From assembly GCA_013115145.1 (NCBI GenBank), contig JAAPAO010000188.1, positions 1-55,840 of the forward strand: 55,840 nucleotides of DNA, read 5' to 3'. The position numbers were made by a program, and so were the translations under genes. The DNA is from Perkinsus chesapeaki ATCC PRA-425. Taxonomy: Eukaryota > Protista > Perkinsozoa. How positions within the stretch are numbered: position 1 is the first letter of the stretch; each line of letters starts with the position of its first letter. Shown piece by piece: positions 47,524 to 55,840 of the stretch. Below the pieces are notes generated by a model that worked only from the letters and a program-made list of their open reading frames with translations, was not told the DNA's origin and did not search any database.

Positions 47524-47678
47524 TCTCCCATCGCGTTAATTAGTGTTTGAGTTCGGAGGAGGGATGTCAATAAGAATACAAACAACGAACACTATTTTCG
47601 ACATACGGCAGAAGACACATGATCGTTCTTCGGAGGTGAGCATTTCCCTGTGTAGGTATAATACCTGATAGCCATGAT

Positions 47679-48095
47679 GTGAAGCCGCAACCCATAGGTG
47701 TTCTTACGCGTAACAATGCAACCGCCCATACCCGCTTGTCGAGGATCTTTAGAGCTTATGATAAGACTGAGGATCGATTACTACTCAAACATCCGAATGG
47801 CAAGGAAGCAATTCTTTCCAAACCAAGTCAATGTGGTTACCCGAGTCACGGAGGGTCTCGTTGTATAGTCAAACAGGGCAGTCCCTTCGTTGAATCATCC
47901 CGTGCTTCACCGGAACAAATATCCAAGTTTACAGATATGCATTTGAGATGGATTGGGAAAGGTTTCTTCGACCCTTTAATCGGCAGAAGTCTATTCTGGA
48001 ACTGCGCGGGGAATACGAGCTACGCAACGCTTCCTTATTCGAGCCTATCGCTCACAGCTGTCAACGCTTTTCTCCGTTGTTATCATGTTGTATAG
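47679..48095 (+). pseudogene. Probable fragment of another secreted-family paralog
   Basis: YDKTEDRLLLKHPNGKEAILSK parallels YVKAKDEVLLNYPKAKEPIHLTK. No signal peptide is found in frame. Confidence 0.4.
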
Positions 48096-49185
48096 TTCAA
48101 GGCTCAATTCGTTAACGACTAATTATTCCAACACCAGGGAGCATTATATCCTTCAAAATCTGATCGACAAGGCGAGATAGCGTCGCGTTGTCTGAGAATA
48201 TAGTACAGGCAGTTTGATCCCAGCTACACTGTTAGCCGAACCATCCAGTGAGCAGAGTAGAACCAGCTTTTGTACTTGTGCGAGTCGAATGCCGGAACGG
48301 CTTAGTCTGACAACCAACTCTATGCACTTGTACTGGAGGGGTTTGATCGAATTATCTGTTTATCACTCTATTGTTCCCCAAATAAGAACGTAACAGGTGT
48401 CTGGCACTGTCATGCAAATGTGCTTTTGCACACCCCTTTCGAACTTCGTGCAAGATGATGGGCTTTTGCTCTCTGAATGACTCAATGCACTCTTGAGCCT
48501 TCTAGGGGCGGGATTTACTTGCCCATGCCTGCCAGTGAGAGCCATAATTAAACGAAATATGCCAAATGTGCCAGACTGAACATCTGATGTGTTCATCGGG
48601 ATGGATCCACTTATTTTCACATGAGAGTTTTGCTGATACTCGACCTATAGTCAGCTACGATATGGACATTAGTGTCCTCGACAACAGTCCTCGCAACTGT
48701 TCTTGGACTCCAGGCCCTGGAGTTCAGGGCAACACAAGCCCCAAAGAGAAAGAACCACCTTTTGATAAGTAAAGATTAGGGGATCAAACTTTTGTGATGA
48801 AAGCGTATCACATATCGCCGTTGCTGGCAGCTTCTTATATTAACTATCATCATGGAGTTTTCTACTCTGTCATAATGATGACCCTTTGCGTTGTGAGGAA
48901 CATTTCCCTTAACGCTGTTATGCTGCAAACGCAATTTTTTACAGCCGATGTGGAAATGAGAACACTTACACGCTTTTCCTCAGGTGTTAGCCTATGACTA
49001 ACGCCTGACAACTTTATCCATAACGTTCAATCGCTCTAACTCAAGGCTATATAAAGTCTCACACTGACATGCATGATTAGAATAATGAATGCTGAATCGG
49101 TAACCGACACATGAGTTGTTGATTATCCCAGTTTTAGGGGGCTTAAGAAAGAATACAAAACGAATGACGGAAAACAAATTAGTGT

Positions 49186-50491
49186 TTACTTGCAGTAGGG
49201 GCTGCCACAGAGCTGATCACCCCCTTGGCACGTCGGAGGGTCCTTCCACACTTTGCAATACGAACCTATGCCATTCAGCGCAGTACAAATAGAAGAGCAG
49301 TCTTGCAGTGTATCGTCAGAGTCATTGGACAGTATTACCGAACATGCACTGCTGTCACCACAGGGTTGATTACCTCCTTGACAGACAGGGAAGGCTGTCC
49401 ACGACTTGCAGTATGACGCGGGGCCGTTCAGTGACTTACACATGCCGTCACAGTGACGCTGCTGCGCCTTGGTGGAAGTCGAACTATGAATTTGTGGTGC
49501 AGTGGTTGAAATGTCAAGAGACTGGCAATTCGCGAGGGAACCACATGGTTGATTACCATACTGGCATACAGGCGAAGGAAGCCAGTCCTTGCAATAGGAT
49601 GCCGGGCCATTAACATGCTTGCAGTAATGACCACATACAAGACGACTATCTACGGTGGAAACATCAATTGTTGTAGTGGAGAGCGTAGCTGGCCTAGTGG
49701 TTGATGCTGGGGACGTTGCACTCATTTCGGCTCTAGTTGTCGTACTTGTTCTAGTTGTTGTGGTACTTGTTCTAGTTGTTGTGGTACTTGTTCTAGTTGT
49801 TGTGGTACTTGTTCTAGTTGTTGTGGTACTTGTTCANNNNNNNNNNNNNNNNNNNNNNNNNNNNNNNNNNNNNNNNNNNNNNNNNNNNNNNNNNNNNNNN
49901 NNNNNNNNNNNNNNNNNNNNNNNNNNNNNNNNNNGTAGTTGTTATGGTACTTGTTCTAGTTGTTGTGGTACTTGTTCTAGTTGTTGTCGTACTTGTTCTA
50001 GTTGTTGCCGTGCTTTTCCTTGTAGTGACAGTTGATGTAACGAAGTCTGTGGAGGGATGCGAAGTACTGGGAATTGGCCCGCTAGCGCACGGTTGATTAC
50101 CGAATGCGCAGAAGTTCCCCAGCAGACTTGTGGACAGACAAAAGCTCGCTGGACCATTCAGATCTCTGCAAAATCCATCCCAGGCCTCCGGTGGGAGAGT
50201 TGGAGTAACCGTGGTTGCAGGTGCACTGGGAGGCATCTCAGTGGTGACAGGTGAGGCTGCGGTCGTTGGGAGACGAGTCGTATACGACGGTATACTTCCA
50301 GAGCCGCATGGTTCGTTACCGAATGCACAGAAGTCCCCTAAGAGCTGAGTTTTCAAGCAGAAGCTACTTCCGCCGTTCAACGCGCGGCAGTAGGCATCCC
50401 AGTCTGCTTCCGCGGCAATCCGGCGCTGGTAGGGAGGAGATTTCTGTGCGTCACCGAATGACAAGATAATGAAGACGCCAAGTGTGTACAT
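49186..50491 (-). CDS. Secreted mucin-like protein with five Cys-rich modules and a Thr-rich repeat (spans an N gap)
   Basis: Signal peptide MYTLGVFIILSFGDA; five repeats of C-x3-NG-x2-S-[FY]-C...C-x2-G-[ND]-[QE]-x-C; TSTTTTR array. The ORFs on either side of the gap are taken as one gene. Confidence 0.8.
49733..50010. repeat. Coding 21-bp tandem repeat (TSTTTTR)n, spans an N gap
   Basis: Unit gtacttgttctagttgttgtg repeated on both sides of the gap. Confidence 0.9.
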
Positions 50492-50897
50492 TGGCCGAGT
50501 GAAGAGGAGTGAATATTATACTGCGGAGTAGAGTTTGCCCCTAAGGTTATTATTGCGAATGATGGAGCTATACGAAATGACAAGGAAGGCGTTGGTTCGA
50601 GGCCCCCGCCTGGCCGTTTCATCGCAGCGCGGCTACGTACCGTTACTTAGAAAGCGCCCCGTTTGCCCACTGCAGGAGAGGATGCCTGATGTTTGACAGA
50701 CCACAGCGATCGGTTGCACTTCCACAGGCTAATTTTTCAGAAGAATGGAGATAAATTCGATTAGATTCGATGGAGCATATCCTAGGCGACCGTTGCAGAT
50801 GATGAAACGGCTGGGTGCGCATGCGTGCAACTACAGAAGCTGCGCGCTTCTTTGATGCAAGTCAGTGTAGAGCTCCTCTTGTAGTACATTACTTAGT

Positions 50898-52337
50898 ATG
50901 CCCTTTAAGCAAGTGAGAATCATTCTCATGGCCATGGTCATCGGCCACTCAGTCAGCGGTGTTTATGTGGACCCGGTTGAACAGGAGGAGTGGGACTACT
51001 ACTGTATGGGGAGGTCCGGCTCGATATCATTCAAGTGTAACTTCAGTACTCTGTTATGTGAGGGCACATCGCTGCCTTGTGGAGACTCCAAGTACCTCAT
51101 GCCCAACACTACTGCTACGCCTAGTACGACTGAGGCCTCTTCAACCTCGAGTACTACTGAGTCTCCCAACAACACGACTACACCGAGTAGTACGGAGTCT
51201 CCCAGCAACACGACTACACCGAGTAGTACGGAGTCTCCCAGCAACACGACTACACCGACTAGTACTGAGTCTCCCAGCAACACGACTACACCGACTAGTA
51301 CTGAGTCTCCCAGCAACACGACTACACCGAGTAGTACTGAGTCTCCCAGCAACACGACTACACCGAGTAGTACTGAGTCTCCCAGCAACACGACTACACC
51401 GTTGCCCACCACAGCATTCAGCACCCCTGCATCTACTACAGATAGATGCGAATGCCCGCCAATCCCTATACATTGTGTGACTACTACTTTTGCTCCGTCG
51501 ACCACTAGCACTGGCCCGACTTCCGCACCGTGTAACACTACTGCAGGTCCCACTGAGGCCCCATCTAACAGTACTGCAGGTCCCACTGAGGCCCCATCTA
51601 ACAGTACTGCTGGTCCCACTGAGGCCCCATCTAACAGTACTGCAGGTCCCACTGAGGCCCCATCTAACAGTACTGCAGGTCCCACTGAGGCCCCATCTAC
51701 CACTACTGCTGGTTCTACCGAGGCCCCATCTAACAGTACTGCTGGTCCCACAGAGGCCCCATCTACCACTACTGCTGGTTCTACCGAGGCCCCATCTACC
51801 ACTACTGCTGGTTCTACCGAGGCCCCGTCTAACAGTACTGCTGGTCCCACCGAGGCCCCGTCTAACAGTACTGCTGGTCCCACCGAGGCCCCATCTAACA
51901 GTACTGCTGGTCCCACCGAGGCCCCATCCAACAGTACTGCTGGTCCCACCGAGGCCCCATCCAACAGTACTGCTGGTCCTACTGAGGCCCCATCCAACAG
52001 TACGTCAACTACAACTGCGTCAACTAGCCCTGTTACCACCACTACGACCTCGTCGTGTACTTGTGAGCCATGGCCTGAAAACTGCACCACTACAACTTAT
52101 CAACCGACAACGGCTAAAACTACCACTACCACTAGTACAAGTACTACCACTACAAGTACTACTAATACAAGTACTTCCACAGTTACCAGCGATAGCACGA
52201 CCGTGGCTCCAACCACCGCTGGCACTACTAGTGCGCCTCCTGAAACTGTGACAGTACCGGCACGTAGTGATGCCTCAGGTTTAAAGGCATCCTTGACGGT
52301 GCTTGTGATGGCAGCAGCGACTGCTTTGGTTTACTAA
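50898..52337 (+). CDS. Mucin-like surface glycoprotein, probably GPI-anchored
   Basis: N-terminal signal, Cys module, S/T/P repeats with many N-x-S/T sequons, and a C-terminal small-residue site followed by a hydrophobic tail (RSDASGLKASLTVLVMAAATALVY). Confidence 0.88.
   Translation: MPFKQVRIILMAMVIGHSVSGVYVDPVEQEEWDYYCMGRSGSISFKCNFSTLLCEGTSLPCGDSKYLMPNTTATPSTTEASSTSSTTESPNNTTTPSSTESPSNTTTPSSTESPSNTTTPTSTESPSNTTTPTSTESPSNTTTPSSTESPSNTTTPSSTESPSNTTTPLPTTAFSTPASTTDRCECPPIPIHCVTTTFAPSTTSTGPTSAPCNTTAGPTEAPSNSTAGPTEAPSNSTAGPTEAPSNSTAGPTEAPSNSTAGPTEAPSTTTAGSTEAPSNSTAGPTEAPSTTTAGSTEAPSTTTAGSTEAPSNSTAGPTEAPSNSTAGPTEAPSNSTAGPTEAPSNSTAGPTEAPSNSTAGPTEAPSNSTSTTTASTSPVTTTTTSSCTCEPWPENCTTTTYQPTTAKTTTTTSTSTTTTSTTNTSTSTVTSDSTTVAPTTAGTTSAPPETVTVPARSDASGLKASLTVLVMAAATALVY
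51156..51400 (+). repeat. Coding 36-bp repeat, 7 x TESPSNTTTPSS
   Basis: Directly visible in the DNA and in the translation. Confidence 0.9.
51534..51995 (+). repeat. Coding 33-bp repeat, 14 x (N/T)(S/T)TAG(P/S)TEAPS
   Basis: Directly visible; two unit variants are interspersed. Confidence 0.9.
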
Positions 52338-53035
52338 TTCATTTGTATTGTAGATGACATGACACCTTTTCTAACTTCACTGTCAAAAACTCTGTTAATG
52401 CACACTGTTCATGGTTATACCTTAAACGCTGCCTTTTCGGTGGCTCAGTACCTTACCATCGACTATACGTTAATAGTCTCTTATTTACATCCTGTCTAGT
52501 TCATCAGCCACCACCAACAACACTATACAGTATAAAAGACTAGACATGGTCTAGAAATGACAACATTGATATAATTCTGCTGCTACTCAGCTAAGTCAGC
52601 ACGCTAATCATCATGCAAATGAAGTTATCAGAATAGTAACTAACACTGTACATGTTATTATCCCATACGCGTCATTATCATGCAAAAGTGTAAGGGAGGA
52701 ACCGACTCCAGGTCCAGCTGTACTTCCAAGCGCAAGTGTTTTTCCAATTTAGCGACACTTGGACTCTCCCTAACTCTTACCTTGGGAAAGTGAACATACT
52801 TTGCAAACTGGATGAACTAGGTATACTCGTTGGCGTAGAAGGTGTAATTCACCTATGACGAATGTTTTATGATACACAGTTTTCATGAGCCGATTCTTGT
52901 TACACAACAAATTAGGACATGCGCGGGAAACATTCATGCACATCATCCTACTTGGGAGAGTCTGGTTGTATTAACCAAGTGACTTTGACATTCACTCTTG
53001 TCCAACTCAAGTTTCAAGGAGCGATGTTGAAACGG

Positions 53036-55468
53036 TTACTGTAGAAGTCCAGACACACATGGGTTGTTATTAGCTAGCTCCAATAAACATAGACGTTGTT
53101 CTTCGCTGCCACCTATTACATACCAGTTGTCCTTCAAGGCAAGTAAACGATTTCGAGATGACGATGAAGGAGCTGATAGAAACAAAACGAGCGGTGCTAG
53201 ATTGATATTATAAGCTTATAAAACAGGATTGTAGTGAGTGAATAGTTTTGAAATGTACCGATTATTGGAACTAGAAGACGAATACCTACCATGTGGGAAT
53301 CACGTCCGACTATATCTGTACGCAAGTGTATGTAATAAAACGCAACTTACGGAAAGCATGACCCGACCGAAGTCCGAAACATGTCGCGATTCTTGCAGTC
53401 TTAAAGTTAGACCTTCCTATTGTTATTCAACCGCCAAGGTATATACGATGATATTAACAACAGCAAAAAACGTAGACACAATTAATTAGATTAAGGAGCT
53501 ACAAGTTTCTTATCAGGAATAACTGAACAAAATTTCAGTAATTCCGAGCACATTTTTCCACCCTCGTTTCGATTCTCAAGCGGTTCGACTGAGGCGAACT
53601 GGCAGATCTCCGAAATTATATCTAATCACAGTAAGCATGTTACTCAGGCAGCATCCATAAACGGCCTCGGCAACTTTAAACATGACCTCGGACTTCTCAG
53701 CCTTGATCGATCCAACCTAATCAATATACAATATCTCGGTCAGAAGGTCGAGCTTACAAGGACAGAAGCATCTTCGAGGAAGTCGGCCTCTATGAGTCCC
53801 CGGATTAGGAGAATATCGAGCAGCGAGTCCACGTGGGCCAACCACGAAGGAGCTGCTCGGGCGACTGATGCAACCGACTTCCATCGAGGTTTGAGATCTA
53901 TCGGTGAGACCTGACCGAGACGATGACAAACAGTGGAGTAGAAGCGTTCACGTCATCAGCTTGACGACTCTGAAGTTTCCAGAGTAAACCAAGCGCGTTA
54001 ACGAGCACTTGCTCATCCATGAGGTTGTCGGCGGTGAACATGCCCTCCGATGCTTCACGGCCCTTCCACCACAGATTGGTGTCGAAAATTCTCACTAGGT
54101 CGAGAAGTTGGCACTTGGAAGTTTTCGGTCCTTACATGCTCCGCGCAGATCGCCGGTCTCCACGAGAACGAGTGCCCAATGCCAGAAGCAATGCGTGTAA
54201 ATGAATGGATGAAGCATATCTCGACGAGTCTCCCAAGATTGGTGATATTTTTCAAAAAACTCAATGGCGTCTTTTTGCCGGTCTTTGCCCTGAGATGAAC
54301 CCATACAGTTGTAGCGACCAGAAGCAACCACCTGAAAGTACAGACTGTGAGCCAATGCATGGTCAAGCCAGATATCGTCATCGGTTACGCCATCACAGCC
54401 ATCGTAACCTTCACGAGCCACTCGCTCCGCGCCGGTGTAGTCCCCAATCTGCTCAAGTCCGAAGGAGACCATCCCTGCCATATACGGGCTGATAACGAAC
54501 GTGATGACTTCCGCATCCGAGTTGGTTACATGGGGAACTGGTTGTTGTGCATTTCATACAGTTTTGAAATGGCGTCGTAAATCAGGTCTGATCGGCCGCA
54601 CTTCAGTGCCATCACCTGTGAACCAAGTTGTGGAAGTAATCTAGTGGCACCCTATTACGTGTGCTCTTTTCAATGGAAAGAGGTCGTCCTGGTCAGGGCT
54701 GGTCTCCCAAGACCGATAGAAGTGTCCATAGGCGGTCTAAGCAATTGCCTCTGTACGACAAGGTGGCATTCTCTTACTAGATAATCGGCGCTGTCAACGC
54801 ATGCTTGATACGCCTTTAAAAGGGATGAAATATATCTTGGTCGATTGGCGTTCAAGTTGACTAACCCTTCTGCGGTTCTCAGTAGTGTCTTGGCCTTATC
54901 GGTTTGCTTTGACCACGCAAAGTAGTCCACTGCCAAGAGGCTCGCGGTGACACCCAGATCCTGCGCAAGTACGACTCTGTTTACTGACAGTTCCTCGGTA
55001 CCCTCTTGGCATTCAGATACCGAGCACATTTCGAGGGCGAATCGGCCCGTGACTCGCTAACGTAGCAATTAAAGAAAAATTAACAAGTGCAAATTCGTCC
55101 GTATTAAGCCAATTGTTCGGAGTGATAATACTAATATTATAATAATTAAAATCTCCATACAGAGTGTATGTCACAACTGTAGAATATGATATGTAATATT
55201 AGAGGCGTGCCATGAGCGCATACTCCGGTCACTGGAGCCCGGTGCAAATGATCTCACAGATGAAGCGGTAATTTTACCAAGTGGCACCACTCCACACTGA
55301 AGGCGGAAAACGAAGGGATCTTTTTCTTACTGTCGATCTGACTTTCGGGTCCATAATGGCCTCCTCCGCAATTGGAACTATTTTCCTCCACGATGACCAG
55401 TTAAGATATGCTAACACTGAGTGTTTGTAGGATTTGATTGCAGTGGCTATTAGGAGACTATTTTGCAT
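53036..55468 (-). CDS. TTC38: Tetratricopeptide repeat protein 38-like, multi-exon
   Basis: Spliced segments DLFPLKRAH|VMALKCGR, LAGMVSFGLEQIGDY, DIWLDHALAHSLYFQ, HPFIYTHCFWHWAL, NALGLLWKL and C-terminal IGGSEEQR match the TTC38 pattern (HA.AH, H.WWH.AL, GGS.AQR). Both ends are approximate. Confidence 0.7.
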
Positions 55469-55840
55469 TGTAATAGAACTATGTCAAACTTACAAGCTTA
55501 ATAGTACTTTTGCCAATGTAAGTGTTAATAACATTAACAAGTGAGTCTATATTGAGTAATATTAACTCAATATTACTAAATACAGACTCAAAGCTAAGTC
55601 TGTCAACATTTAAGTAGGAAGAATCGCCTTAAGCTAAGCTACGTATTAATTACTTCTCCGTAATGTGCCACACAACAATTTGTGCGCATGCGTACAGGTA
55701 TGAACGCATGCGCATGATTTTTCAATTGAGAAGTAGCGAGTGTGCAAGATATCTCTGAGACGAGACAGTGTGGCGTGCGAAGGCTCACCGCCGTTCTCGC
55801 TCGCCAAGATATCTTTTTGTGTAGAAGAAACCGCTAGGCT

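Noticed and set aside
50999-52251. Long antisense and alternative-frame ORFs (50999-52090, 51490-52251, 50959-51480)
   Set aside because: These are shadows of the S/T/P repeat-coding mucin gene.

Overview
Eukaryotic genomic DNA, most consistent with a Perkinsus-type alveolate. This is an inference from the very short GT-AG introns, the mucin-like and secreted multigene families, the aspartyl protease, and AG acceptors just upstream of start codons. There are four assembly gaps (1607-1616, 18274-18371, 20255-20351, 49837-49933). Recognisable genes: a 5'-truncated pepsin-like aspartyl protease, a C3HC4 RING protein, a long intron-rich gene with a GYSQG alpha/beta-hydrolase motif, a PlsC/AGPAT acyltransferase, two tandem intronless sodium:solute symporters, an IQ-motif protein, CDKAL1, a secreted-protein family (intact copies plus pseudogenes), two divergent Cys-module mucin-like genes and a TTC38-like gene. 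There are also several intron-dense hypothetical genes, minisatellites and probable retroelement debris. The most striking unexplained signal is a set of at least 8 tRNA-derived sequences inside, or forming almost the whole of, predicted spliceosomal introns. All keep the exact tRNA T54-to-A73 spacing (20 nt) and end in a Pol III-like T-tract with no CCA. Two keep the full position 8-73 spacing. In several, the splice donor lies in the anticodon or D loop and the T-tract doubles as the polypyrimidine tract before AG. Exon-intron models were built by hand and many gene ends are approximate.
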